A stretch of 42,829 nucleotides of DNA from Pseudomonadota bacterium (GCA_043825875.1 JBDRRF010000069.1:1-42829); one strand, 5' to 3'; numbered from the stretch's first letter, positions 20,275 through 31,106 are shown. Numbers and translations are program-made. Notes: generated from the letters alone by a model not told the origin.

Positions 20275-21444
20275 TCATCTTATTTCAGGAACTGGCCTCA
20301 TGTCTTCCGGGCATTGCTGTAGAAAATACCTATCCGTCATTCCTGCTATAAAATCCCTGACTATTTCTTCATTCTTATGGTTATCGATATAATCTTTAGA
20401 CATGTCTTCCAGAAAGCTTGTGAAAATCACAGACTGCCTGTTTTCTTTTTCTATATTAGAAAGGTATTTTTCAAAAAGCATTCTAAATAGCGTTTTTATA
20501 AGATTCAAATGTTTTTTAATTACAGGATTAAGGTAAATGCGCTCCATGCTGAATGCTTTTAATCGCTTTAATGCTTCCGAAACATCAGGGCTGAAAGCAA
20601 TGCAAATATTCTGGAAGCTGTTATTAATTACATCTGTTACAAGGTTATATGTTATTGTACCATTAGTATCTCCAAGTATTTTGGCACTATCTTTTGGAAG
20701 ATCGTCTCTTTTTATAATATTTAGCCTTATTGCATCTTCTATATCGCGGCCTATATAACTTATTGTATCCGCTATTCGAACCACACAACCTTCCAGAGTC
20801 ATAGGGATCAGCTTTGTGTCAGGACTCTTTTTCTTAACTGCTATTTCCTGCTCATGCTTATCAAAATTTTTCTTCCTTTGAGGTGCAAGGCTTTGGTTAT
20901 GAATTTCTCCGTCATGGCATAAAATCCCATCAAGTGTCTGAAGTGAAAGATTCCACCCCTTTCCCTTTCGTTCAACCTTTTCTAGAAACTGGACACTTTG
21001 AACATTATGCAAAAAATGATCGATTCCGCTCTCTTTGCAAAGTTCCGACAGAAATGTTTCACCATCATGCCCAAAGGGGGTATGGCCGATATCATGACCA
21101 AGAGATATGGCTTCTATCAAATCTTCATTTAATCCTAAAAATCGGCCTATAGTCCGCGCAACCTTGGACACCAGTTGAACATGAAGAACTCTGTGTGTTA
21201 TATGGTCGTTTTTTATCAGATAGAAAACCTGAGTTTTGTCAATATATCGCGTATAGGCAAGCGAATAAAGGATTCTGTCTATATCTATAGAAAAATCCTG
21301 CCTGTAGCTAAGATCTCTTCCTTCTTCATATTCCCGGCGCAGGCACTTTGAACTTAAGACTGCAAGAGGAGAAAGATATTCTTCTTCTCTTTTATTTAAA
21401 GCCATTTTTATTAAATCAAGGGTATCTTCCCCATGCATCGTCAT
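20275..21444 (-). CDS. HD-domain dNTP triphosphohydrolase (dGTPase-like, short form)
   Basis: DIDRILYS, KTQVF, HDIGHTPFGH, TLEG, ADTISY...DIED, DFIAGMTD. Confidence 0.88.
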   Translation of the reverse strand: MTMHGEDTLDLIKMALNKREEEYLSPLAVLSSKCLRREYEEGRDLSYRQDFSIDIDRILYSLAYTRYIDKTQVFYLIKNDHITHRVLHVQLVSKVARTIGRFLGLNEDLIEAISLGHDIGHTPFGHDGETFLSELCKESGIDHFLHNVQSVQFLEKVERKGKGWNLSLQTLDGILCHDGEIHNQSLAPQRKKNFDKHEQEIAVKKKSPDTKLIPMTLEGCVVRIADTISYIGRDIEDAIRLNIIKRDDLPKDSAKILGDTNGTITYNLVTDVINNSFQNICIAFSPDVSEALKRLKAFSMERIYLNPVIKKHLNLIKTLFRMLFEKYLSNIEKENRQSVIFTSFLEDMSKDYIDNHKNEEIVRDFIAGMTDRYFLQQCPEDMRPVPEIR

Positions 21445-21494
21445 TTTAAATCATCTTCTCTGTCTTTAATCGCTTAATATGTCCAAGCATAATA

Positions 21495-22280
21495 TTATTT
21501 TGGGGGGCTTAACACAAAAACTGATGGAGATACCGGCTCATCAGCCCAGTACCTGCTAACATCAAGTTTAAAATAATCACCGGCTTTATTTACAATTATA
21601 AGCCTTGAAGGGATATGATATTCTTTCACAAATATTACTCCATCAAAAAAAACCCTGTAAAGCAAATCTTTTGAATCAAGCATATCAATTTGCATAATAT
21701 TATTATCATTATCGAAATATATTTTTTCGACTATATCATTTCCTCTGTTCCTTAAAACAAGAACAGTTCCTTTGTTCTCAATATATTCTGTTGATGCTGT
21801 AGCAAAATCGCAAACAGGCGCCCGCCCGGATAGAAGTAAAATAATATCTTTTATTTTTATAGGAATAGAAATAAAGCGTTTAAGGTCAGCATTATCCGAA
21901 CGTTTCTTATGAAAAATCTTTTCAGCATAGGAAGCAAAATAAACGTATTTGCCGTCAGTTGCAATGCCTGCCATGGGTTGGCCCAAAACATTTCTGATCG
22001 CAATATAAATTTTACTGCCGTTTTCTGCAACCCATGCGATATCCGCCGAAACAACCTGCCCGTTTATTTTTGACAGGCCCATACGTCCTGTCCCTTTAAA
22101 TGTTTTTATTTCACGGTTCTTTTCGTTAAGTACAAGAAAAAGGTCATATGCCTCGGAAGTAAAAACAGGGGTTTTGTCATAAGAAAAAATATTATTATAT
22201 ACTTTATCTGAAAGACCTGCACATGAAAAAAATGAAAGGCTGGCAAATAATAGGAGAAAGCATAAAAAAAACTTCTTCAT
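21495..22280 (-). CDS. Lipoprotein, LolB-like/DUF4292-like
   Basis: Signal peptide with lipobox FFSC; beta-rich body ending SVFVLSPP; follows a TPR lipoprotein as in lbcA-lolB pairs. Confidence 0.6.
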   Translation of the reverse strand: MKKFFLCFLLLFASLSFFSCAGLSDKVYNNIFSYDKTPVFTSEAYDLFLVLNEKNREIKTFKGTGRMGLSKINGQVVSADIAWVAENGSKIYIAIRNVLGQPMAGIATDGKYVYFASYAEKIFHKKRSDNADLKRFISIPIKIKDIILLLSGRAPVCDFATASTEYIENKGTVLVLRNRGNDIVEKIYFDNDNNIMQIDMLDSKDLLYRVFFDGVIFVKEYHIPSRLIIVNKAGDYFKLDVSRYWADEPVSPSVFVLSPPK

Positions 22281-22283
22281 ATT

Positions 22284-23996
22284 TTATAACTCTTTTCCTG
22301 AAATCTCCTGAATTTTCTTTATTAAAACTTCCCTGTCTTCTTTTTTGAACTTAAGCGAACGGCTGTATGTATCAAGGGCATTATTAATTTCATTGATTTT
22401 CATGTAAGCATCTCCAAGATGTTCTAACACAACCGGATCTTCAGGAACAAGATCTACTGCTTTTTTCAGAACATCCACAGCCTTTAAATACTTTCCTTTC
22501 TTGAAATATACCCATCCCAGGCTATCGGTTATATACCCGTCTCCCGGCTTATGTTTCATCGCTTCTAGAATCAGCTGTTCTGCTTCATTAAGGTATTTTT
22601 CCATCTCGGCATAGGTATAACCAAGATAATTCAAGGCATCCGCATTTTGAGGATCAATCTTGATAACCTTTTTCATCTGTTCAATAGTTTTATCTTTTTT
22701 TCCCCATTTATCATAAATAACTCCAAGACGAAAATAAAAAGCAGGATCATTCGGATCCTTTTCTATAGCACTTAAAAGAGCTTTTTCGGCATTTTCATAG
22801 TCTTTGAGATCTTCATAAAACAAGCTAAGATAATATTGAAAATTAGGATTTCCTGGCTCTTTTACAATAGCATCTTTAATAAAGGATAGAGCTTCTTTAT
22901 TCATTCCTTTACTCTGATAAATCAGTGAAGTCTTAAAAACCATATCAAAATAAAATTTTGAGTCATTTTTCACTTTAAGAAATTGTTTAAGAGCAGCATC
23001 TTCATTTTTTATTGCCAAAAAGAAAAGCCCGCTAATGTAATTCAAATCGGAATTATCAGGGGCACCTTTTTGGATATCTTCAAGAATTAATATAGCGTCA
23101 TTATATCTACGCGTATTCAGATAGAACTGAATCAAATTGAGTATGACATCAAAATCGGCAAGGCTCCTTTCGCCAAGATTGAACAAAATCTTTTCGGCTT
23201 CTTTTCGCATATCATTCTTTTTATAAAAACAACCAAGATCAAGGGCCGCTCTTATGTTATGAGGATTATTTTCCAGCATTTCCTTTAAAACTTGAATCGT
23301 TTTTTTATTTTCATTTTTTATCTTATATATATTTATCAGCTCATAGCGTGACTCATCCATATCCGATTTTAGCTTTATCGCTTTATTAAAACTCTTTTCA
23401 GCTTCTATCAGGTTGCCACTTTCTACATAAATTTTGCCAAGGTAAAAATATCCAAGATAGTAATCAGGAAAATTCTTTACAAGCTTTTCAAAGAGCCCTT
23501 CTGCCTTAGAAAAATCCTTTTTATCAAGGTAAATACTGCCAAGCAGCAAGTATATGTTTTTTTCCTTGGGGTTTGTCTCTACTATCTTTTCATATATCTT
23601 TTTGGCATCATCTGTTTGATTAAGTGAATGCTTTATTTTCCCAAATAAAATGAGCGCCCCTATGTTTTCAGGTTCCTTTTTAAGTACATCTTCAACTATA
23701 AATAATGCTTTATCATTTTCTTTCTTCTGAAGATACAAATTGACAAGCTCACCTTTTAAAAAAAGCGATTCAGGATCAAGTTGAAGCGCTTGTTCCATGT
23801 ATTCTGTAGCTTTTTTAATATCTCCCTTTTTTTTTAATATCTGTGATTCCGTAAAATAAAAATATTTGTTTTCAGGAAAATCGCTTTCATTTACGATTGT
23901 TGCTTTTGAAAAGGAATTTGTAATCGGAACAGAACATCCTGAAAAACATAATAGGGAAAAAAGTATTATAATAGATTTTGTAAAATCTTTGTTCAT
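22284..23996 (-). CDS. Tetratricopeptide-repeat lipoprotein (LbcA-like)
   Basis: Start at ATG 23996 gives signal peptide with lipobox FSGC; many TPRs; NADALNYLGYTYAE...YITDSLGWVYFK. Confidence 0.85.
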   Translation of the reverse strand: MNKDFTKSIIILFSLLCFSGCSVPITNSFSKATIVNESDFPENKYFYFTESQILKKKGDIKKATEYMEQALQLDPESLFLKGELVNLYLQKKENDKALFIVEDVLKKEPENIGALILFGKIKHSLNQTDDAKKIYEKIVETNPKEKNIYLLLGSIYLDKKDFSKAEGLFEKLVKNFPDYYLGYFYLGKIYVESGNLIEAEKSFNKAIKLKSDMDESRYELINIYKIKNENKKTIQVLKEMLENNPHNIRAALDLGCFYKKNDMRKEAEKILFNLGERSLADFDVILNLIQFYLNTRRYNDAILILEDIQKGAPDNSDLNYISGLFFLAIKNEDAALKQFLKVKNDSKFYFDMVFKTSLIYQSKGMNKEALSFIKDAIVKEPGNPNFQYYLSLFYEDLKDYENAEKALLSAIEKDPNDPAFYFRLGVIYDKWGKKDKTIEQMKKVIKIDPQNADALNYLGYTYAEMEKYLNEAEQLILEAMKHKPGDGYITDSLGWVYFKKGKYLKAVDVLKKAVDLVPEDPVVLEHLGDAYMKINEINNALDTYSRSLKFKKEDREVLIKKIQEISGKEL

Positions 23997-24080
23997 TAAA
24001 ATTATTTCCTTGCTGCCGTTTCTAAACCACAAACCTTTAGACGATTTAGTGCATAATGCCAAGTTGATTTTGCAATTTTT

Positions 24081-24977
24081 TTATGTAAGGTATGAAACCA
24101 AATCCGGAAGTTCTTCTTTAATAAATTCTCTCATTTTATTAATTATATTCTTCTCAAGCTGACGCACCCGCTCCCTTGAAATACCGTAACGATCTCCTAT
24201 TTCCTGGAGGGTTGCAGGACTGTCTGAAAATATTCTAAGATCAAAAATTTCATTTTCTCTTTTCGTCATCAGCTTTCGAAATTCATCTATTTTATTATAT
24301 ATCATATGATCCATCTGCTTTTTGGCAACTTGATCTTCAGCAGAAACGGAATCATAACTGATGTGCTCAATTTTTTCAGAATCCGAGTCATCCGATAAAG
24401 GAGCGTTAAGGGAAACATCCCATCCGTCAAGCCTTTGATCCATATCAACAATTTCCTTCTCGGTAACCCCTAACCTTTCGGATAAAAGCTTGGGCTTTGG
24501 ATCAAAACCCTGATCAATAAGATCTTGTTTCTCCTTTTTTAGTTTAAAAAACAATTTTCTCTGGCCCTGGGTAGTGCCGATTTTTACAAGCCGCCAGTTG
24601 TCCATTATAAATTTTAGAATATACGCTTTGATCCAAAAAGAAGCATAATATGAAAATTTGACATTTTTATAAGGATCAAATTTCTTTACTGCCTGCATTA
24701 GGCCAATGTTTCCTTCCTGAATAAGGTCTAAAAGATTTTGCATCCATACTCTTTGAAATTCAAGAGCTATTTTTACAACAAGCCGAAGATTTGAAGTAAC
24801 AATTTCATAAGCCGCCTCCTTATCATCATGATCAAAAACTTTTACGGCAAGTTCGTACTCTCTTTCTCTCGACAGCAGATTATGCCTGCTTACCTCAACC
24901 ATATAACGCTGCAGGGGATCATATTTTATTATATCCTTTTTTGCAGCCCCGTCTTTTTTTTTATTTTCATTTGTCAT
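24081..24977 (-). CDS. rpoH: RNA polymerase sigma-32-family factor
   Basis: SNLRLVVKIA, DLIQEGNIGL, RpoH box QRKLFFKL, region 4 TLQEIGDRYGISRERVRQLE. Confidence 0.88.
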   Translation of the reverse strand: MTNENKKKDGAAKKDIIKYDPLQRYMVEVSRHNLLSREREYELAVKVFDHDDKEAAYEIVTSNLRLVVKIALEFQRVWMQNLLDLIQEGNIGLMQAVKKFDPYKNVKFSYYASFWIKAYILKFIMDNWRLVKIGTTQGQRKLFFKLKKEKQDLIDQGFDPKPKLLSERLGVTEKEIVDMDQRLDGWDVSLNAPLSDDSDSEKIEHISYDSVSAEDQVAKKQMDHMIYNKIDEFRKLMTKRENEIFDLRIFSDSPATLQEIGDRYGISRERVRQLEKNIINKMREFIKEELPDLVSYLT

Positions 24978-25129
24978 ATATGAAAACGCCTTATAGAATA
25001 ATAAGATTTGCGGTCAGTTCATCTGTAACCTATGTTAAGATATAACCAATTTCAAGTCTAACCACGTTTGGTACTTATATTATTTTTTTATAGACATATA
25101 AATATTGGTGTGATAACACTACAGCCCAA

Positions 25130-25206
<77 letters not shown>

Positions 25207-25372
25207 GCTTTAATATTTATATTCATACCTATATACTTTTTTAAATATATTATCATGATTTAATATTTATGCAATCTGCAATTAGTGTGATCAATACATA
25301 GATCTAATAGTAAATTATAAAGATAACCTCATATTTATTAAAATGTACCTTTAAATAATATGGAGTTCAAAC

Positions 25373-27070
25373 ATGGCCTTTTCATATGAAGCAGGTAATG
25401 AATCCATAACCACCATTTCGGAAATCAATAAACTTTCTCATGATAAAAAACTTAATAAACTATTAACATCGGTTCTATCCAAGGTTAAAAATTATGCCGA
25501 AGCTCAAATTGCGCATATCAAACAGGACTCAAAGATCGGGCTTGCTTTATCAAGTGAAAAAAACATTGATAAACTCCTTGAGATGATAGTTACAGATGCA
25601 AGGAAGATGACAAATGCCGATGCCGGAACTCTTTATATCATTGATAAAAAAAACAAATATCTTTGTTTTAAAATCCTGCAAAATGACACGCTAAATGTCA
25701 GGATGGGAGGAACAAGCGGTGTTAATATTAATCTTCCAAGCGTTCCCCTTTTTGTTGATGGCAAACAAAATCATTCAAACGTATCTTCATATGTCGCAAT
25801 AACTGGTGAAATTGTTAATATTCCTGATGTGTATGAAGCCCGGGGGTTTGATTTTACCGGGCCTATGAAATATGATGCATCTACCGGCTATCGCTCAAAA
25901 TCTATGCTTGTTATACCCTTAAGAAACCATGAAAATGATATAATCGGTGTTTTGCAACTTTTAAACTCTCAAGACCCGCTAACAGGAGAAGTAATAGCAT
26001 TCCCGACTGAATATATTGATGAAACGGCATCCCTTGCATCCCAGGCCGCTGTTGCCCTTACAAATACGCAACTTATTCAGGACTTAAAAGATCTTTTTTA
26101 TTCTTTCATAAAAACCATTGCAACCGCAATAGATGAAAAATCTCCTTATACATGGGGACATATAAACCGAGTTGTAAATATATCCATGCTGATAGCAGAA
26201 GGCATTAATAAATCAAAGAAAAAGAGATTCGTTAATACTAAACTTGATGAAAACGAACTAGAAGAAATCCGAATAGCTGCCTGGATGCATGATGTTGGTA
26301 AAATCACTACGCCTGAATATGTCATTGACAAAAGCACTAAACTTCAAACTGTTTTTGATCGCATAAATCTTGTAGAAACAAGGTTCAATCTTATAGCTAA
26401 AACACTTGAAAATGAATACCTTAAAATTAAAATCAAACATCTAAAAACCAATAAAAATGAAAAAAAATTTGCTATGCTTGATTCCGAACTTGAGGAAAAG
26501 CTAAAAGTTATCGAAAACGATTTTGAATTAATCAAATCATCAAATATCCCGGGCGAGTATTTAAAGGAAGATGTTGTTATCAGGTTAAAGGAAATTGCCC
26601 GCAAAACTTATCTGCTTAATAATAAAAAACAGCCCTATATTTCCGAGGAAGAGCTGGAAAATCTGATTGTAAGAAAAGGTTCCATTACTGCCAAAGAACG
26701 CAAAATTATTGAAAACCATGCTGCGGTTACATATAAAATCTTAAGCCAGCTGCCTTTTCCGCGAAAACTCGTAAGAGTTCCGGAGTATGCCTCCGGACAT
26801 CATGAAAAACTTGATGGTTCAGGTTACCCCAGAGCTCTTACAGAAGAAGACCTGCCTTTGCAATCACGAATCATAGCTATTGCAGATATCTTTGAAGCCT
26901 TAACAGCTAAGGACCGGCCCTATAAAAAACCTATGAATTTAAAACAGGCACTCAAAATAATGAGCAATATGAAAAAAAATAATATTATTGATGCTGATAT
27001 TTATGATCTTTTTATTGAAAAAAAATTATATGAAAAGTTCTTTCTTAATGAAGCTAAAAACGAGTCCTGA
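25373..27070 (+). CDS. GAF + HD-GYP domain protein (putative cyclic dinucleotide phosphodiesterase)
   Basis: GAF (ADAGTLY...SKSMLVIPL...IGVLQLLN), MHDVGK, HHEKLDGSGYP, IADIFEALTAKDRPYK. Confidence 0.92.
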   Translation: MAFSYEAGNESITTISEINKLSHDKKLNKLLTSVLSKVKNYAEAQIAHIKQDSKIGLALSSEKNIDKLLEMIVTDARKMTNADAGTLYIIDKKNKYLCFKILQNDTLNVRMGGTSGVNINLPSVPLFVDGKQNHSNVSSYVAITGEIVNIPDVYEARGFDFTGPMKYDASTGYRSKSMLVIPLRNHENDIIGVLQLLNSQDPLTGEVIAFPTEYIDETASLASQAAVALTNTQLIQDLKDLFYSFIKTIATAIDEKSPYTWGHINRVVNISMLIAEGINKSKKKRFVNTKLDENELEEIRIAAWMHDVGKITTPEYVIDKSTKLQTVFDRINLVETRFNLIAKTLENEYLKIKIKHLKTNKNEKKFAMLDSELEEKLKVIENDFELIKSSNIPGEYLKEDVVIRLKEIARKTYLLNNKKQPYISEEELENLIVRKGSITAKERKIIENHAAVTYKILSQLPFPRKLVRVPEYASGHHEKLDGSGYPRALTEEDLPLQSRIIAIADIFEALTAKDRPYKKPMNLKQALKIMSNMKKNNIIDADIYDLFIEKKLYEKFFLNEAKNES

Positions 27071-27083
27071 TAGCAGAATCCAT

Positions 27084-27110
27084 TAAACATTTCGATAAAA
27101 ATTCCGATAA
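27084..27110 (+). promoter_or_regulatory. Putative sigma28 (FliA-type) promoter
   Basis: TAAA-N15-TCCGATAA, 57 bp upstream of the SPFH gene start. Confidence 0.6.
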
Positions 27111-27167
27111 AAGCTATATAACACAGATACTATACCAGGAGATTAGCTGCTTAAAGGAGTAAAATAA

Positions 27168-28295
27168 ATGGGAACAGACAATATAATCTTTTTGGAAAAT
27201 CTTGAATGGTTTGATGAAACAGGCAAAGAACTTGTCCATCGTATTCCTGAAACAGGTTCAGGAGAAATCAAATTCGGAGCACAGCTTACAGTAAGGCAGA
27301 GCCAGGCCGGAGTATTCTTTTACAAAGGCAAAGCAATCGATGCCTTTGGCCCGGGACGCCATACTCTGAAAACCGCCAATATACCCGTACTTACAAAACT
27401 GGCAAGTATTCCATGGGCTATGTCCAGCCCGCTTAGAGCTGAGGTATATTTCGTAAACCTCAAAGTCTTCACAAACTTAAAATGGGGCACAAGGGACCCT
27501 GTTGCATTCAAGGATTCACAGTTAGGACTTGTAAGGCTGAGAGCTTTTGGAGTATTCAGCATGCAGATATTACAACCTGTTCTTTTCATAAACAGCATGG
27601 TCGGAACACAGGGCATCTTTACTACCTCTGAAACAGAAGATTATTTGAACAGTGTAATTGTTTCAAGGTTCAATGACTACATGGGAGAAACCCTTGATTC
27701 GATATTAAACCTGCCGGCCAAGTATAATGACATTGCAGATGGCCTTGCAAAAAGGCTTAAAGCCGATTTCGGCCGCTTTGGCTTAGGCCTTGCAAATATT
27801 TATATCAATTCAATTACTCCTCCTCCTGAAGTGCAGAAGGCAATAGATGACAAAAGCCGTATGGGACTGTTTGATGATATGAATAAGCTTATGCAGATGA
27901 AAGCTGCAATGTCTATTGAGAAGGCATCGGAAGCTGATGGAGCCTCAACAGGCATGGGAGCTGGTTTAGGCATTATGATGCCTGCAATGTTTGCAAAGTA
28001 CTTCTCACCAAACGGGCAGCCGTCAGACAAAGATAGCTTGCAAGAAGCAACAAACTGCGTAGAATGCAGCCATCCAATAGATTCAGATGCAAAGTTCTGC
28101 CCATACTGCGGCCATCAACAGCTTATTTTTATCCGGTGTAAAAAGTGCGGCAAGAACCTTACCACTAATTCAAATTTCTGCCCCCGCTGCGGACAACCTG
28201 CAGAAGAAAAAGAAAAACCAAGTTCGTGTAAAAAATGCGGCGGCAAAAACCTTACGGATTCAGTTTTTTGTAATATGTGCGGTGAAAAGCTTTAA
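27168..28295 (+). CDS. SPFH (band 7) domain protein with C-terminal zinc ribbons (YdjI-like)
   Basis: GAQLTVRQSQAGVF, GPGRHTLKTANIP, KWGT, SITPPPEVQKAID; six CxxC pairs at C-terminus; AAGGAG RBS. Confidence 0.88.
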   Translation: MGTDNIIFLENLEWFDETGKELVHRIPETGSGEIKFGAQLTVRQSQAGVFFYKGKAIDAFGPGRHTLKTANIPVLTKLASIPWAMSSPLRAEVYFVNLKVFTNLKWGTRDPVAFKDSQLGLVRLRAFGVFSMQILQPVLFINSMVGTQGIFTTSETEDYLNSVIVSRFNDYMGETLDSILNLPAKYNDIADGLAKRLKADFGRFGLGLANIYINSITPPPEVQKAIDDKSRMGLFDDMNKLMQMKAAMSIEKASEADGASTGMGAGLGIMMPAMFAKYFSPNGQPSDKDSLQEATNCVECSHPIDSDAKFCPYCGHQQLIFIRCKKCGKNLTTNSNFCPRCGQPAEEKEKPSSCKKCGGKNLTDSVFCNMCGEKL

Positions 28296-29520
28296 TATCA
28301 GCATAGAGCACTCCTGCCCACAGTGCGGAGCACCTGCCCTTCTGGAAGAAACGGACAGGCTTATCTCCTGCCCGTACTGCCGTGTCAGCTCCTTTCTTAT
28401 GGAAGATATCTGTTTTAGGTATATATTGCTGCACAACAAGCCCAATACCAATCCTTTTATATATTTCCCATACTGGAGATTCAAAGGCACTCTTTCTTCA
28501 TGCTACCTGAATAAAACCGATTACAGGTTTATAGATATAAGCCTTCAGGGAATAAAGTCCCCTGCATTTCCGATATCCCTTGGATTCCGTTCCCAGACGC
28601 TTAAGCTTAAATTTGCACTTCCTGAACATGAGGCAATATTTATAAAACCCGAACTTTCTGTAGATGATATCTCACATATAGCAGAAAAACGATTCTATCC
28701 AAAAGGGGCAAATAAACCGGCCATTCAATCTTTTATAGGTGAAACAACAAGTATTATCTATTCGCCATATTATTTGAAGGATAATATGCTCTTTGATGGC
28801 ATACTCAACAAACCTATATCCAAAACACTTCCAAGAAATTTTGACATCGATCTTTTAGCAACAGAAAAACCCGATTGGACAATCGATTTCGTACCTGCAA
28901 TATGTCCGGAATGCGGATGGAATTTATCGGGTGAAAAGGATTCGCTTGTTCTTTTATGCAAAAACTGCAATTCGGCTTGGCAGGCCAGCCGCAAAAAACT
29001 CGAAAAAACCAATTTCGGCTGTTTTTCATATGCAAAAGATGATTTATTCTTTCTACCATTCTGGCAGATCAGAGCTAACCTATCGGAAATAGATCTTGAT
29101 TCATATGCCGATCTTGTAAAAACGGCAAATCTTCCGAAAGCTATTCAAAAAAGCTGGGAAAAATTGGCTTTTAAGTTCTGGATTCCTGCATTCAAACTTC
29201 GTGCAAAGCATTTTATACGTCTTGCAACACAGTTTACACTTGTACAGCCATTCGATAAAATAATAAAAAAGGTGCCGGATGCCACTATGCATCCTGTTAC
29301 CCTGCCGGTTACAGAAGCGATAGAAAGTATTAAAACCGTATTAAGCAATTTTGTTAAACCGAAAAAAGAGTACTTCCCCTTGCTCCCAGATATAAAAATA
29401 ACTCCGGAAAGTTATAGCCTTTTATATATCCCTTTCAAAAAAAGCTGCTTTGATTTCATTCAGCCGAAATATAATATTTCATTAAATGAATCCATTCTTA
29501 AAACCTCTGGAAATCTTTGA
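28282..29520 (+). CDS. Zinc-ribbon-containing hypothetical protein
   Basis: CPQCGA...CPYC and CPECG...CKNC; internally duplicated PYW/PFW modules; GTG at 28282 overlapping upstream gene end preferred over 28087. Confidence 0.75.
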   Translation: MKSFNISIEHSCPQCGAPALLEETDRLISCPYCRVSSFLMEDICFRYILLHNKPNTNPFIYFPYWRFKGTLSSCYLNKTDYRFIDISLQGIKSPAFPISLGFRSQTLKLKFALPEHEAIFIKPELSVDDISHIAEKRFYPKGANKPAIQSFIGETTSIIYSPYYLKDNMLFDGILNKPISKTLPRNFDIDLLATEKPDWTIDFVPAICPECGWNLSGEKDSLVLLCKNCNSAWQASRKKLEKTNFGCFSYAKDDLFFLPFWQIRANLSEIDLDSYADLVKTANLPKAIQKSWEKLAFKFWIPAFKLRAKHFIRLATQFTLVQPFDKIIKKVPDATMHPVTLPVTEAIESIKTVLSNFVKPKKEYFPLLPDIKITPESYSLLYIPFKKSCFDFIQPKYNISLNESILKTSGNL

Positions 29521-29526
29521 ACTATT

Positions 29527-31059
29527 TTAAGCGGATTTTTTTTTACCATAACTGATTCCAAGTTTATCCATCCTGAATCTTAACGTGCTTGGATGTAAAT
29601 TAAGAAGTTGTGCGGCACCGCCTTCCCCGTTAATTCTTCCGTTGGTTTCTTCAAGCACCGAGAGGATATGTCGGGCATCAACCTCATCTAAGGTTAGAGT
29701 TCTGCCGTCTGATTTTGAAAGAAAAGGTTTTTCTTCAACATGGGGAAGTATTAAATGTTCAAAACTTAACTGTCCTCCTCTATATTGTATTAGTTCCCTT
29801 TCTACCATATTTTCAAGTTCGCGAACATTTCCCCTCCATGGATATTCAATCAGCCGGTCTATTGCACCGGGCTTAATAGGTGGTATACTGCGAAAATTCA
29901 GCTCTTTTGATTTACGCTTTACAAAGTGCTCAACCAGCGCGGCAATATCTGATTTTCTCTGTCTCAGCGGAGGAATTATAATAGGAAAAACGCTCAATCT
30001 GTACCAAAGGTCTTCACGGAATGTATTTTTTGCAACCATTTTTTCAAGATTCCGGTGGGTTGCTACAATTATTCTGGTATCAACCGCTATTGTTTTTGTT
30101 CCACCCACTCGTTCAAGTTCCTTTTGCTGAATAACCCGCAACAGCCTGCTTTGTGCCTGCAAGGGCAGATCTCCTATCTCATCAAGAAAAATTGTTCCTC
30201 CTTGAGCTCTTTCAAATCGCCCTCTTTTTTGAGCAACAGCACCTGTAAATGCTCCTTTTTCATGCCCGAACAGCTCACTGTCTATAAGACCTTCCGGGAT
30301 AGCACCACAGTTTACCTTAATAAATGTCCCGTCTTTTCTATTTGAAGTATAATGAATAGCATTGGCTATAACCTCTTTGCCTACACCGGTTTCTCCCAAA
30401 AGCATTACAGGATTATCCCTCGGGGCTACCTGATGCACCATATCCATAACATTTTTAAGTCCGGAATCAGCACCTATAATTTCTTCTCCGGCAAGTTGGC
30501 GTAGTTCCTGTACAAGGTATTTGTTGTCATCTTCTTTCAGTTTGAGTAAATCATCATATCTTAGAGCATTGGACATGGCTATGGCAAACGGGTCATGTAA
30601 CATGGTAACCAAATGGGCATGTGAATCTGAAAACCTGTCTTTTCCTGCCGCTCTCATCACCAGAATACTTATTTTATCGCTGTATGTAGTCAAAGAAAAA
30701 ACCAATGAGGAAGAATCGGAGTAGCCAAGAACATTTAACAAATTAAGCGCAAGAGGATTAAGCTCCATTCTGTTAATAATAGTAACTTTTTTAGGGGTAA
30801 AATCATGGGATTCAAGTTCCTTTCTTACAATCCAGGGAAGATGTATGGTCTTATCCATTTTTCTTGCACCTGAAGAATCCGCAATTGCTACTGCTCTTAA
30901 TGTCCCGATATCTTTATCCATCAAAACCAGCCACATTTCATCTATAGGAATATAATCTTTTAAATACTCAAAACAATGCAGTAATGCATAATCTATCTCA
31001 AGGCTGCCGCAAATTCTTATGGTTGCCTGATGGAAAAAATCTTTTTCATTGATATCCAT
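29527..31059 (-). CDS. Sigma54-dependent transcriptional activator (GAF-like + AAA+ + Fis HTH)
   Basis: GETGVGKE, ELFGHEKGAFTGA, FLDEIGDL, FREDLWYRL, WRGNVRELEN, C-terminal HTH. Confidence 0.95.
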   Translation of the reverse strand: MDINEKDFFHQATIRICGSLEIDYALLHCFEYLKDYIPIDEMWLVLMDKDIGTLRAVAIADSSGARKMDKTIHLPWIVRKELESHDFTPKKVTIINRMELNPLALNLLNVLGYSDSSSLVFSLTTYSDKISILVMRAAGKDRFSDSHAHLVTMLHDPFAIAMSNALRYDDLLKLKEDDNKYLVQELRQLAGEEIIGADSGLKNVMDMVHQVAPRDNPVMLLGETGVGKEVIANAIHYTSNRKDGTFIKVNCGAIPEGLIDSELFGHEKGAFTGAVAQKRGRFERAQGGTIFLDEIGDLPLQAQSRLLRVIQQKELERVGGTKTIAVDTRIIVATHRNLEKMVAKNTFREDLWYRLSVFPIIIPPLRQRKSDIAALVEHFVKRKSKELNFRSIPPIKPGAIDRLIEYPWRGNVRELENMVERELIQYRGGQLSFEHLILPHVEEKPFLSKSDGRTLTLDEVDARHILSVLEETNGRINGEGGAAQLLNLHPSTLRFRMDKLGISYGKKKSA

Positions 31060-31106
31060 TTTAATATCTCTTATTTCATATACTTAATTAGCCACTTTTA
31101 CTTATT

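Noticed and set aside
28087..28281. Long N-terminal extension of the zinc-ribbon ORF
   Set aside because: Overlaps the SPFH gene by ~200 bp; GTG at 28282 gives a normal short overlap
29585..30130. 181-aa plus-strand ORF
   Set aside because: Antisense shadow of the sigma54 activator AAA+/HTH region
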